From a virus (Duplodnaviria > Caudoviricetes): a DNA stretch of 38,827 bases. How positions within the stretch are numbered: the stretch's first letter is position 1; every line of letters starts with the position of its first letter. The DNA lies in the IMG/VR virus record IMGVR_UViG_3300021438_000035, positions 1 to 38,827 of that record; one strand, written 5' to 3'. Made by a program: the position numbers and the translations under genes. Under the pieces are notes generated by a model that saw only the letters and a list, made by a program, of their open reading frames with translations, did not search any database and had not been told where the DNA came from. Positions 26,128-34,427 of this stretch are shown in pieces.

Positions 26128-26574
26128 TTACGCGACGGTAAAGCCGCTTGGGTAGAACTTCTGACCGTCTTGTGTATCGAGGCCGAAGAACGATGTGACG
26201 GTACCGGCAGAGCCAGCACCGACGATGACGTAACGTGCGCCCAAGTAGCGCTGACCTTTGCTACCGATGCGCGCGTTGAGTTCAACTTCAAAGCGAGCAG
26301 CAGCAGTCAAGCTGGCCAAGGGAATCGCACCAGACGAACCGATGACGGTCACGTTGCTGGACAATGCGGCATCGTCAGCCTGAATGGCTTGGATTTCCAC
26401 AGAGGTTGCACCAGCGAACGCAGTACCGATGACGGTTTGCAGCTTGGGGTACTCAGAACCAGCGCCGATGTCGCGGTTGGCGCCCAAGTCCACAGTGTTG
26501 GTGGACAACACAGAAGTGTTGGTACCAGTGACGGTCTGCGCAGAGGCGACCAAGAGGTTGTTGTCGATAAGCAT
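26128..26574 (-). CDS. Capsid cement/decoration protein (Bbp16-like)
   Basis: MLIDNNL...STNTVDLG...RDIGAG...RYLGARY; follows the major capsid gene. Confidence 0.8.
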   Translation of the reverse strand: MLIDNNLLVASAQTVTGTNTSVLSTNTVDLGANRDIGAGSEYPKLQTVIGTAFAGATSVEIQAIQADDAALSSNVTVIGSSGAIPLASLTAAARFEVELNARIGSKGQRYLGARYVIVGAGSAGTVTSFFGLDTQDGQKFYPSGFTVA

Positions 26575-26612
26575 GATTTTTTCCTTTTCAGATGAGGTTC
26601 GCAGCAGCGAGG

Positions 26613-26630
26613 TAGGGGCCGAAGCCCCTA
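26613..26630 (-). other. cUUCGg tetraloop hairpin (TAGGGGC-TTCG-GCCCCTA) just after the major capsid stop codon
   Basis: Perfect 7-bp stem with no U-tract, so more likely an mRNA stabiliser than a terminator. Confidence 0.65.
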
Positions 26631-26636
26631 TCCCGT

Positions 26637-27641
26637 TTAGACCACGCGTGCTTCTGTGTTCAGGAGCTGGTCCACCTTGCGGAGTGGCACGCCCAAGAAG
26701 TCAGTCCACTTGGAGGCTTGACCGAACTGGGTCACAGCATCGCGAATCGAGATGGCGTTTTGGCTCTTGTTCAAAGCCTGCACGCGCAACATCGAGTACA
26801 CGGTACGGTTCATGTAGAACGCAGGGCGACCCATGTTCAAGTTCGGGATGCGGTCCAAGGCGCGGCTCATCAGCTTCACCAAGTCAGCGGCAGCAGATTC
26901 TGCAACCAAGTTGGCCACGTTGATGTTGGCGATACGCACAACATAACGCCAGTCTTTCACGACCAAGCCGTTCTTCCACTGGTACAAGGTACGCAGAGCT
27001 TGGTAGAAGTTGCCGTTGGCATCAGGTACCGACTCTTCGCCCAAGTCTTTGTGTTGCAAGCCAGCCTGTGTGCCTTTGGGGAAAGGACAGAACACAGTGT
27101 TAGCACCCCACACCACCAAGTAGATGGATGTGTTGTTCGAGCCAGTGCCGCCAGCGTCGATGATGTTCACCGAGTTGCCTGCACCGGAGATGGCGCCGTA
27201 ACGTGTAGCGAAGCCCAAGAAAGTCTTGGGGTCCACACCGGGGTTGCCGTAGAACAGAGTCTGCGATTGCAACTGGTTCATCGCTTCGATGAACGCGCTG
27301 TCTTCGGACAAACGGAAGGAGGCAGTGTTGCCGTTCAGCTTGGCCAATTCAACGTCGATGTGGCTACGTGCTTCCATCAAGCCGCAGGCTTCGTCAACCT
27401 GTGCAGTGGTGGATTTGCTGGTAGGTACACCGGCGTTCAGAGTGCGCCAATAGACGGTAGGCAAGCCGGTACGAATCACAACGCGGTGACCGGTAGGCAA
27501 GTTACCTTCTTGGAAGACGCAGTCTTCGAGGATTTCGTTGGTCTGAGACAAGAGTTCAGCAACGGCGGGGACTTGACCGTTAGGGTCGAGTCGTTTCGCC
27601 CAATCGGCGAGGGTCAGTTGACCAGATGCAAGAGTAGCCAT
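26637..27641 (-). CDS. Major capsid protein (BPP-1 Bbp17-like)
   Basis: LTLADWAKR...ELLSQTNEIL...RTGLP...GLVVKDWRYVVRIANI...GVPLRKVD; strong codon bias. Confidence 0.92.
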   Translation of the reverse strand: MATLASGQLTLADWAKRLDPNGQVPAVAELLSQTNEILEDCVFQEGNLPTGHRVVIRTGLPTVYWRTLNAGVPTSKSTTAQVDEACGLMEARSHIDVELAKLNGNTASFRLSEDSAFIEAMNQLQSQTLFYGNPGVDPKTFLGFATRYGAISGAGNSVNIIDAGGTGSNNTSIYLVVWGANTVFCPFPKGTQAGLQHKDLGEESVPDANGNFYQALRTLYQWKNGLVVKDWRYVVRIANINVANLVAESAAADLVKLMSRALDRIPNLNMGRPAFYMNRTVYSMLRVQALNKSQNAISIRDAVTQFGQASKWTDFLGVPLRKVDQLLNTEARVV

Positions 27642-27654
27642 GAGGCAGTTCCTT

Positions 27655-28332
27655 TCAGTTCATAGTGGGGTACAAGCGCTTCTCGAGCGACTCGTTCTCG
27701 GGCGTCGGGGCACGAGACCCTGAGCGCACGAAGGTGTCTTCCGAAATAGCCTTACCTGCTTTGAAAGCGAACCGAACTACCTCTGGATGGTTTCCCATTC
27801 CGCTGGAGTTCAGCAACGCCTTCAGCTCGGGTGAGCCAAAGGTGTCGATGGCCTTGCGCGCAACGGACATATTTTCTTCGAGGTTATCGCCGCCGAAGTC
27901 TTTGTCTGTCTTGCACTGTTCAGCCCATCCCTTCACCGTCGCGACGTGTGTCTCCGCTTGCTTCTGTTGCATTTTGGTTGCAACGTCGGCGATGCGTTGA
28001 GCATCCGCTTGTGACAGCTTCAGTTCCTTGGCAATCGCGCTGAACTCATCGGCAGCTTTGCCGTCAAGCTCAACGCCGTCAGGCATCGTGAACTCGTACT
28101 TCTCAGGCACTACGGGCTCGTCGCCCTTTGCACCCTTGTCGCCCGCGTTCTGCTCGTCACCTGCTGCTTTGCCTTCGTCGCCTTTGACAGCGTCTTGAGT
28201 CTGGGCCGCAGGTGGCGTAGCGCCGGTGCCTTCAGTCGTCAGCACAGTGGTCTCTGCCGCTGTGTTTGCTGCGGGGTCCGTTGCGCCGGGGTTGGATGTA
28301 CCGGTGTCTGGGGTCGCGGTTGCAGTTGTCAT
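27655..28332 (-). CDS. Capsid scaffolding protein
   Basis: Acidic low-complexity N-terminus, PEKYEF...GMGNHPEVVR...ISED; precedes the major capsid gene. Confidence 0.8.
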   Translation of the reverse strand: MTTATATPDTGTSNPGATDPAANTAAETTVLTTEGTGATPPAAQTQDAVKGDEGKAAGDEQNAGDKGAKGDEPVVPEKYEFTMPDGVELDGKAADEFSAIAKELKLSQADAQRIADVATKMQQKQAETHVATVKGWAEQCKTDKDFGGDNLEENMSVARKAIDTFGSPELKALLNSSGMGNHPEVVRFAFKAGKAISEDTFVRSGSRAPTPENESLEKRLYPTMN

Positions 28333-28631
28333 TTTTGCTTTTGCTCTTCGAGCATAGTTACGAAATCTTCCATGCAATGCTCGATGACCTGCGCTTGCAG
28401 CATCAATCCAACATTGCGTTGTCCTTCATTGAAAGCCATCACGCTGCCCGAGTTGTTGAAGCTGGTCCGGTTCACACCGGCCTTCTCCAAGAACCACCAC
28501 ACAATGCGGCGACCACGCGGGCTGCTCATCATCCACTTGACGTCGGCGACGAAAGTGCGGTGTGCGTTCTCAGCTTTTAGCTTGAGAGCTTCTGCCGCTT
28601 CTTCGTCGTGTTCGTCGTAGGTGTGTGCCAT
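28329..28631 (-). CDS. Bbp19-like head protein
   Basis: DVKWMMSSPRGRRIVW...FNEGQRNVGL. Confidence 0.8.
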   Translation of the reverse strand: MAHTYDEHDEEAAEALKLKAENAHRTFVADVKWMMSSPRGRRIVWWFLEKAGVNRTSFNNSGSVMAFNEGQRNVGLMLQAQVIEHCMEDFVTMLEEQKQK

Positions 28632-28641
28632 GTTGGTCGCA

Positions 28642-28673
28642 ATCTTATGCGGGGCTTAGTGAGTTATCCGCAC
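28642..28673 (-). promoter_or_regulatory. Putative late promoter GTGCGGATAAC-N15-TAAGAT (scaffold/capsid operon)
   Basis: One of four copies with identical spacing. Confidence 0.7.
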
Positions 28674-28677
28674 GCGC

Positions 28678-28971
28678 TTACAGGTTACCTGCGGGGTACA
28701 GCGCGAAGATGCCGGTTGCAGTGGTGCTCGTGGCCAAGATGCGTGAAGCGTTCACGCGCACGATTTGGCCAGCGGTCAAGCCGGTCAGCACTGCGGTACC
28801 GCCACCAGCCAAGTTCACGTTGACGTTGCCGCCGACGGTCACGTAGATGGCAGTGCAAGGACCGTCAGGCAAGTCGGCGCTGTCGGATGCAGTGACTGCG
28901 TTACCTGCGAACTCGGAGAGTTGCTTGATGCCGTTGGTCAGTTGGGCTTGAGAGAAAAGTTTATTGGGCAT
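28678..28971 (-). CDS. Head-spike base-like protein (Rcc01079-like), copy 2
   Basis: AVTASDSADLP...AIYV..GG.V...ASRILATSTTATGIFALY. Confidence 0.65.
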   Translation of the reverse strand: MPNKLFSQAQLTNGIKQLSEFAGNAVTASDSADLPDGPCTAIYVTVGGNVNVNLAGGGTAVLTGLTAGQIVRVNASRILATSTTATGIFALYPAGNL

Positions 28972-28987
28972 GGTTTGCTCCTATGGG

Positions 28988-29263
28988 TTAATAGCAGGCG
29001 AAGATGCCCGTTGCGGTGGTGCCTGTTGCCAGCACCCGAGATGCGCGGATGTACTGCACGCCGAACCATGCCGAGCTGATCGGCAGGGTCACGGTGTTAC
29101 CAGCAGCGGTGATGAACTTCACGTTGCCTGCGCCAGTAAAGATGAACGCGCGGCAAGTGCCGTTAGGCAAGTCGACGGTGTCGCTTGGCGTCACGGCCTG
29201 AATGTCGTTCAGTGGTGTGTAGTCGTTCTTGTCGACGACTAGCGGGTTGGGGTTGGATAGCAT
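28988..29263 (-). CDS. Head-spike base-like protein (Rcc01079-like), copy 1
   Basis: AVTPSDTVDLP...G.V...ASRVLATGTTATGIFACY. Confidence 0.65.
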   Translation of the reverse strand: MLSNPNPLVVDKNDYTPLNDIQAVTPSDTVDLPNGTCRAFIFTGAGNVKFITAAGNTVTLPISSAWFGVQYIRASRVLATGTTATGIFACY

Positions 29264-29273
29264 GAGTTACTCC

Positions 29274-29603
29274 TTAGCCGTTTGAACTGGGGTACATGGC
29301 CGAGGCATCGACGCTCGAGGCGCCGCCTGCTTCCATGTCCGTGAGCTGGATGCTCAGGTAGGGTGCGGTGTCGCTGTCGGCATCGGGGTTGACCTCGCCC
29401 ACTTCGACGCGTGCGCTTTCGATGATGCCGAACGCGGTGATCTTGACCTTGCTGCCCACAGGCAACTTGTCGATGCCGAGCGCTTTCACCTGCTCGTCGT
29501 CGAGGTTGATGCAAGTGCCGTAGCCGTAGCTGACGGGTGGCGCCATTGCCATTGCGGCTTCGTTCAGCTCATCTGGGCTCTTCTTCAAACTAATCATGGT
29601 CAT
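29274..29603 (-). CDS. Conserved head-region protein downstream of the portal
   Basis: YGYGTCINLDDEQVKALGI...LSIQLTDM...MYP. Confidence 0.7.
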   Translation of the reverse strand: MTMISLKKSPDELNEAAMAMAPPVSYGYGTCINLDDEQVKALGIDKLPVGSKVKITAFGIIESARVEVGEVNPDADSDTAPYLSIQLTDMEAGGASSVDASAMYPSSNG

Positions 29604-31318
29604 GCTCCGACTTGGGTGGATGGTGTGCCGTAGCCGCTGAACATGCCCATCACGTCTTGCAGCTTGGCGGGGTCGACTTGCGATGCGGTCGCGGCCGTGT
29701 TGGCCATCGCGTCCGCTGCTTGCATAGCCTTGGCGGCCTGCGCTTCTTGTGCGCGGGCTGCGCGAATCTCTGCGATTTGGTCAGGGCCACGCACGATGCG
29801 AGCGGGCACACCGAGCGCGTCGTTGTACTCTTCCATGAGCTTGTCGGTGTCGAGGATGTCCCACACGCTTTGGTCTTGCTTGGCGCCAGCCAATGCACCG
29901 ACGGTTGCGATGGCACGGTCGAACGAGGCCAAGCCCACGGCGCGCTGTGCTTGAGCCAGCATCGACACGTATTCGATGTTGACCTCGCGGCCACGCATCG
30001 CTTGCGGTGGTGGGGGCAGGATGCCCGCGTCCATGATGCGCTCGAAGGTCGCGTCGATGAGCGGGTCCAACAGCTCGTTGTGCAAACGCTCGAGCACTGG
30101 GCCGAGCATCAAGAGCTTCTCTTCGTGGCGCTCGGCCACTTCGGTGGCCGTGATGCCAGAGCGCGTGTCGTTGGCCAGCATCAAGAACAGGTCTTCGTAG
30201 AAGTTGGCCTTGATGCGACTGCGCACGTCGACGATGGACTCTTGCAGTGCGCGCAGGTCGAGTTGCACATCGAACATGGTCTTGATGGCGTTGTCGCCAC
30301 CGACGTTGTCGACGTACTGCACGCCACCCGGCAGGCGGTTCACGCCAGCTTCTTTGAGCGTGGCGGGCACCTGCAACGGTGGGTTGGTCTGGTAGTCAAT
30401 CGCTTGACCCTTGCGCAGTTGCTCGTGCTGCAACTGGCGAATGTCTGGCAGTGCGTCGTGGCCCGGGCCTGTGCCGTACACGTCGTTGCCGGTGACAGCC
30501 CAACGCGCAGCGAGCGCAGGGAAGCGCTTAAAGCCTGACTCACCCAGCATCTTGTTCGGGTCAGACTGACCGCCCTGCTCGTAGTAGCAGGACTTGAACT
30601 TCATGTTGAGCGAATCTTTTTTGGTGATGTCGCGCCCGGTGCGTGGCTCGATGACGTGCTGCACCAAGACCCACTGGTCGTAGTTGCCTTGGTCGTACAA
30701 GCGCTGTGTCGCGAGGCTCGCGTTCTCACGGCCGAACTGACTCACGATTTGGCCCACGGTCATGTTGAACTCGCGGTACATCGTGTCGACGATGCCCTTG
30801 TCGTTCGTGGCGAAACAGTATTCGCCCACGGTCAGCGGGAAGTGGTGAATGATGTTCTCGAAGTCAGGCATCAACACCGAGCACGCGGTGCCGAAGGCGC
30901 CCAGCTCTAGGTAGACCTGATGCAGTGCGCGGTACGTGTTCGAGCGTGCGAACACCTCGCGCATGGTGTCGGTTACAACCTGCAACCATTCCTTGACCTC
31001 GTGCTGCTCCATGAGCTGCTTGTCGGCGAGACCAAGACGAAACCACGGCCGGGCCGGGCTGGTCATACCAGCCATGAGGCCAGCGGCCAATACGTTGAGT
31101 GAACGCTTGGCCGTGGTGTCGAACACCTTTTTCTGACGCTGGACCTTGTTGCCCTTGTTGGCGTCGGTGTAGAAGAAGCGGCCCGACAGTGGGGCCACGT
31201 AGTCGACCAAGTCGCGGTAGTCCGTGAGCCATGTCGCGCGCTCGGCGCGCAGCATAGACCAGCGCTTCTGATAGCGCTGCTTGTTGGTCAGCGGGTTGAT
31301 GCCGATTTGGTCAGCCAT
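29600..31318 (-). CDS. Portal (head-tail connector) protein
   Basis: LAAGLMAGMTSPARPWF, GAFGT, YGTGP, TATEVAERHEEKLLMLGPVLERL. Confidence 0.95.
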   Translation of the reverse strand: MADQIGINPLTNKQRYQKRWSMLRAERATWLTDYRDLVDYVAPLSGRFFYTDANKGNKVQRQKKVFDTTAKRSLNVLAAGLMAGMTSPARPWFRLGLADKQLMEQHEVKEWLQVVTDTMREVFARSNTYRALHQVYLELGAFGTACSVLMPDFENIIHHFPLTVGEYCFATNDKGIVDTMYREFNMTVGQIVSQFGRENASLATQRLYDQGNYDQWVLVQHVIEPRTGRDITKKDSLNMKFKSCYYEQGGQSDPNKMLGESGFKRFPALAARWAVTGNDVYGTGPGHDALPDIRQLQHEQLRKGQAIDYQTNPPLQVPATLKEAGVNRLPGGVQYVDNVGGDNAIKTMFDVQLDLRALQESIVDVRSRIKANFYEDLFLMLANDTRSGITATEVAERHEEKLLMLGPVLERLHNELLDPLIDATFERIMDAGILPPPPQAMRGREVNIEYVSMLAQAQRAVGLASFDRAIATVGALAGAKQDQSVWDILDTDKLMEEYNDALGVPARIVRGPDQIAEIRAARAQEAQAAKAMQAADAMANTAATASQVDPAKLQDVMGMFSGYGTPSTQVGA

Positions 31319-31321
31319 ACG

Positions 31322-31552
31322 TTAAGCACCCAGCAGGGTTGAGGCTTTGCTGAGGTTGAGCGAAGAGTTCTCGACGCCAGACGGGCCGGTGAGCAATGTG
31401 CTCGCCGCAGTGCCACCGTTTTGCATCGCCTTCTTACGCGCGTCGCTCATCGAGCCATCGGCCGACGTCGCGGCCTGCTCGGCCATCTTTGCCTCTTGAG
31501 GCTTCTCGATGGGGGCAGCCGCAGGGGCTGAGGGACTTCCACCTAAACACAT
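31322..31552 (-). CDS. Small virion-associated protein (MCxGG...TLLTG...LLG type)
   Basis: Motif pattern and position between terL and portal; GGAG RBS. Confidence 0.75.
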   Translation of the reverse strand: MCLGGSPSAPAAAPIEKPQEAKMAEQAATSADGSMSDARKKAMQNGGTAASTLLTGPSGVENSSLNLSKASTLLGA

Positions 31553-31586
31553 AGGCAACTCCAGTTTGGTTGGGTAATTGCCCGCG

Positions 31587-31618
31587 ATTGTCAGCGGTGG
31601 CCGTCAGGTTATCCGCAC
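31587..31618 (-). promoter_or_regulatory. Putative late promoter GTGCGGATAAC-N15-GACAAT (portal operon)
   Basis: One of four copies with identical spacing. Confidence 0.7.
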
Positions 31619-31622
31619 CCCG

Positions 31623-33218
31623 TCACATATTGGCGAGTGGGTCGTAGTCCATGACCGCGCTGTTGTCGGCGCGTTGCGCACGCTTGATGAGGTCCAGCTT
31701 CGGCGTTTCCATGCGCGCAAGAATCAACGCGCTCGCACAGTCTGGGCTGCGACCGATGCGCTCCTTGATGTCGTCGCGGCTCTCCACTTTCACGGCCATG
31801 CCTGCCATCGACCACTTGGGTGCAGCGAGGTCGGCCAGCAGCTCAGGGTCAGGTGGCAGCGCGATGCCGGTGTCATTGACCGGGTCCAGCTCCTCGCGCA
31901 ACTTCCACCACACCTCAGAGCGCAGGTTGAAGAACTTGAGGCGGCCCGACTTGTCGCTGGCCAACGACTTCTCGGCCACGTTGACACCAACCACTTGCTG
32001 CTTGGCAATGCGCAATAGGTCATAGGGCGATGAGCCCACGCCGATGACATCGAGGTGGATGGGGGCTGAGTCGCGGCGCTTGGCAATCACCTGCCCTGCC
32101 ACGGTCTCACCGTCGGGTGTGCTCGAGCCCGGCAGCTTCAGCAGGCGGTCGTACCAGTTGCCGACGTGGCGCGTGGCGATGACGGTGGCATCTCGCCCAC
32201 CGCGTGCAACGTCGACACCCATCGACATCATCTCGCCCTTGGGGCTGCGGTCGGTCCAGCGTGCCATCGCGCGCTCAATCCATGCCGTTGGGATGACCTG
32301 CCAAGGGTCATCTTCCATGCCCGCTTGGAAGTCGCCGTACAGCATCTGGCTGCGCAGTGGCTCTGGCAGCGCTTGCAGCACCGACAGGTAGCCCGAGCCC
32401 ATGAGGTACGGGTTGTCCGAGATGCGCGACGGGATGAAGGTGCGTGACTGTGGCGTCACGATGTCTTGTGGCAGGTAGTCGTCAGCGTCGAAGTCGTAAC
32501 ACGGTGCGCCATCCTTCACGACGAAGGGCGTCTTGTCATCGACCCAGATGTCGCGGCTCACGCCGTTCTCACCGGGGACCACGCCCACGTAGCGAATCTC
32601 ACCGGGTTGTGCGCGCTCGCCCTTGAAGTTCTTGTCGAGCCACGGCCCGAAGAACGTCACAATCCACCGGCCCTCGGCCGAGGTGGGTGGGTTAAAGGTC
32701 AAGAGCGTTTGGCAGTGCTGGCCCGGTGTGGTCGAGCGGTTCCAGCCCATGAGGAAGCGCACCTGAATCTCTGCGAAGTTGGCAGCCTCATCGAAGCACA
32801 GGAATGAGTGCGGGCGCCCTTGGTACTTCTTCTCGTCACCGATGTTGGGTGTCGAGCCGAACTCAATCTGCCGGTCAGGCAGGCGCATGATTTTGTCTTG
32901 GCCGTTGTAGCCGTCGCGTGTGCCCGCCATGTTGAGCACCTCGTCGACGATGGCTGTCAGCTCGGTACCGTTGCGACGCAGAATCATGCTCTTGTCGAAC
33001 TGGGTGAGCGCCTTGCCCGCAGCCAAGAACGACTTGCCACCACCGGCCGCACCACCGAAGCCAACCACGTCGGCCTTGGACTCATAGGCCATGAGCTGTG
33101 GGCCGGGCAGCGCACTGAATGGACGCTCCTCGATGTCGGCCACGATGAGCTGGTTCAGCTCCTCTTGCTCTGCCTCGGTGAGATAGGGCAAGAGCTTCTT
33201 GATGTCGTTGGGTGTCAT
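31623..33218 (-). CDS. terL: Terminase large subunit
   Basis: Walker A (GGAAGGGKS), Walker B (LCFDEA), TFNPP, RNase H-like GVDVARGG and SPD motifs. Confidence 0.95.
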   Translation of the reverse strand: MTPNDIKKLLPYLTEAEQEELNQLIVADIEERPFSALPGPQLMAYESKADVVGFGGAAGGGKSFLAAGKALTQFDKSMILRRNGTELTAIVDEVLNMAGTRDGYNGQDKIMRLPDRQIEFGSTPNIGDEKKYQGRPHSFLCFDEAANFAEIQVRFLMGWNRSTTPGQHCQTLLTFNPPTSAEGRWIVTFFGPWLDKNFKGERAQPGEIRYVGVVPGENGVSRDIWVDDKTPFVVKDGAPCYDFDADDYLPQDIVTPQSRTFIPSRISDNPYLMGSGYLSVLQALPEPLRSQMLYGDFQAGMEDDPWQVIPTAWIERAMARWTDRSPKGEMMSMGVDVARGGRDATVIATRHVGNWYDRLLKLPGSSTPDGETVAGQVIAKRRDSAPIHLDVIGVGSSPYDLLRIAKQQVVGVNVAEKSLASDKSGRLKFFNLRSEVWWKLREELDPVNDTGIALPPDPELLADLAAPKWSMAGMAVKVESRDDIKERIGRSPDCASALILARMETPKLDLIKRAQRADNSAVMDYDPLANM

Positions 33219-33289
33219 AGGGAGTCGCCGAAGAACTGCTCGGCCAATAGCAGCAGGGCTGCCACGAGAACTATTTGGTCGAAGCTCAT
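33215..33289 (-). CDS. 24-aa hydrophobic micro-ORF MSFDQIVLVAALLLLAEQFFGDSL
   Basis: ATGA overlaps with both the terS stop and the terL start. Confidence 0.5.
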   Translation of the reverse strand: MSFDQIVLVAALLLLAEQFFGDSL

Positions 33290-33846
33290 GCCAAGTCGCT
33301 CAGGTCTTCAGGCTCTGAGCCCTTTGCCTTGCGCGCTGCGGCCAGTGCCAACAGCGATGCGATGCGCGCAGCCTTCTTGGTCTCGTCGACCAGTGTGAGT
33401 GCGCCACCATCGGCGCCGGTGATTTCTTGCTTGTCGCCGAACTTCTTGCGGCGATAGCCCTTGAGCAAGAACTGGGCGAGACCGTCGCTGTACTTGCGCA
33501 CGGTCAGGTATTTCATTGAGCCATCGGCGTGGCGCTCGATGACCGGGCGGCCATCCTCGTCGACCTTGATGGTGCCGTCGCTCTCACGCTCAAACACCGG
33601 GGTCATCTGGCCTTGATAGACCACCGGCTCCTCGACGCCAGCGAACGCACGGCGCCGGGCTTCTGACTCGAGCAAGTCGTACGCGTCCTCGAGGGCTATG
33701 TCCCACGCCGCAGCGAAGTCGGCATCGGCATCACGCCGAGCATAGACAGTGGACGAGCTGACGCCTGCCGTGCGTGCTGAGAGTGCGACGTTGCAGGATG
33801 TGGTCAGTAATTCGAGGAAAGGCTTTTGCCAGTGTGGCGTGCTCAT
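33286..33846 (-). CDS. terS: Terminase small subunit
   Basis: FLELL...NV..SA..AGVS.STVY...FAAAW...LESEARRRA...YSD.L..FLLK; upstream of terL. Confidence 0.88.
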   Translation of the reverse strand: MSTPHWQKPFLELLTTSCNVALSARTAGVSSSTVYARRDADADFAAAWDIALEDAYDLLESEARRRAFAGVEEPVVYQGQMTPVFERESDGTIKVDEDGRPVIERHADGSMKYLTVRKYSDGLAQFLLKGYRRKKFGDKQEITGADGGALTLVDETKKAARIASLLALAAARKAKGSEPEDLSDLA

Positions 33847-33853
33847 GGCCGCC

Positions 33854-33885
33854 ATTGTCACCAGACGGCCCTTGGTTATCCGCCC
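33854..33885 (-). promoter_or_regulatory. Putative late promoter GGGCGGATAAC-N15-GACAAT (terminase operon)
   Basis: One of four copies with identical spacing. Confidence 0.7.
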
Positions 33886-34163
33886 GAGGTGTTGTTGAGG
33901 GGTCGGTAGCTGTCGACCTGTTGAGCCCGTATACGGCCCAAACAAATGTCACGCACCGTGGACTTGGAGATGGTGACGCCGTCGTCCCACTTGTTGGCGA
34001 TGGCCGCGTAGCTCAGGCCCTCGTCGCGCAGGTACAGGATGAGGTCGACGTCTTCGTCCGAGAGCTTCGAGCGGTGGTGGCCTTCACCGACGCGGTAGCC
34101 AGCAGCGTTCACGGCCACTCGTTTGGGTTTTGGCGTTGCCGCCGGTGTAACTTGTTGTTTCAT
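33876..34163 (-). CDS. HTH DNA-binding protein, candidate late-gene activator
   Basis: GEGHHRSKLSDEDV...GLSYAAIA...ISKSTVRDI; last gene before the late region. Confidence 0.7.
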   Translation of the reverse strand: MKQQVTPAATPKPKRVAVNAAGYRVGEGHHRSKLSDEDVDLILYLRDEGLSYAAIANKWDDGVTISKSTVRDICLGRIRAQQVDSYRPLNNTSGG

Positions 34164-34213
34164 GCGAATTGGTAATTTCCTGCGTGTTCGTTTGCCGTTT
34201 AACCGAGGGTCAG

Positions 34214-34425
34214 TGCTTGGCACCCATGCACCCATCGCACCCTTGTTTTCCCTTTGTTTGCCTCGCCCTAATCCCCCTTGGCCCAGTAGGGTCTTTATTT
34301 ACTCATTACTCAACTACCTAAAAGAAGGGAGACATGGGAGACATAGGGCGCGCTCCCTCTGAAAACGCGTGGCCCCCATCGCCCTATGCAACACCCCTTG
34401 CGCCCCTTGCGATGGGTGCCAAGCA
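34214..34425. repeat. Repeat-rich non-coding region, putative replication origin
   Basis: 14-bp inverted repeat TGCTTGGCACCCAT/ATGGGTGCCAAGCA at the ends, tandem GCACCC units, GGGAGACAT x2, AT-rich centre; directly downstream of the primase-helicase. Confidence 0.55.
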
Positions 34426-34427
34426 AC

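Noticed and set aside
26613-26630. Hairpin after the capsid gene as an intrinsic terminator
   Set aside because: There is no U-tract on the coding strand, so it is kept only as a stabilising hairpin
11625-33398. Many long + strand ORFs opposite the structural genes (e.g. 12456-13727, 20928-22142, 26718-27665, 29612-30538)
   Set aside because: These are antisense shadow frames expected from high-GC codon bias; they have no RBS or recognisable motifs
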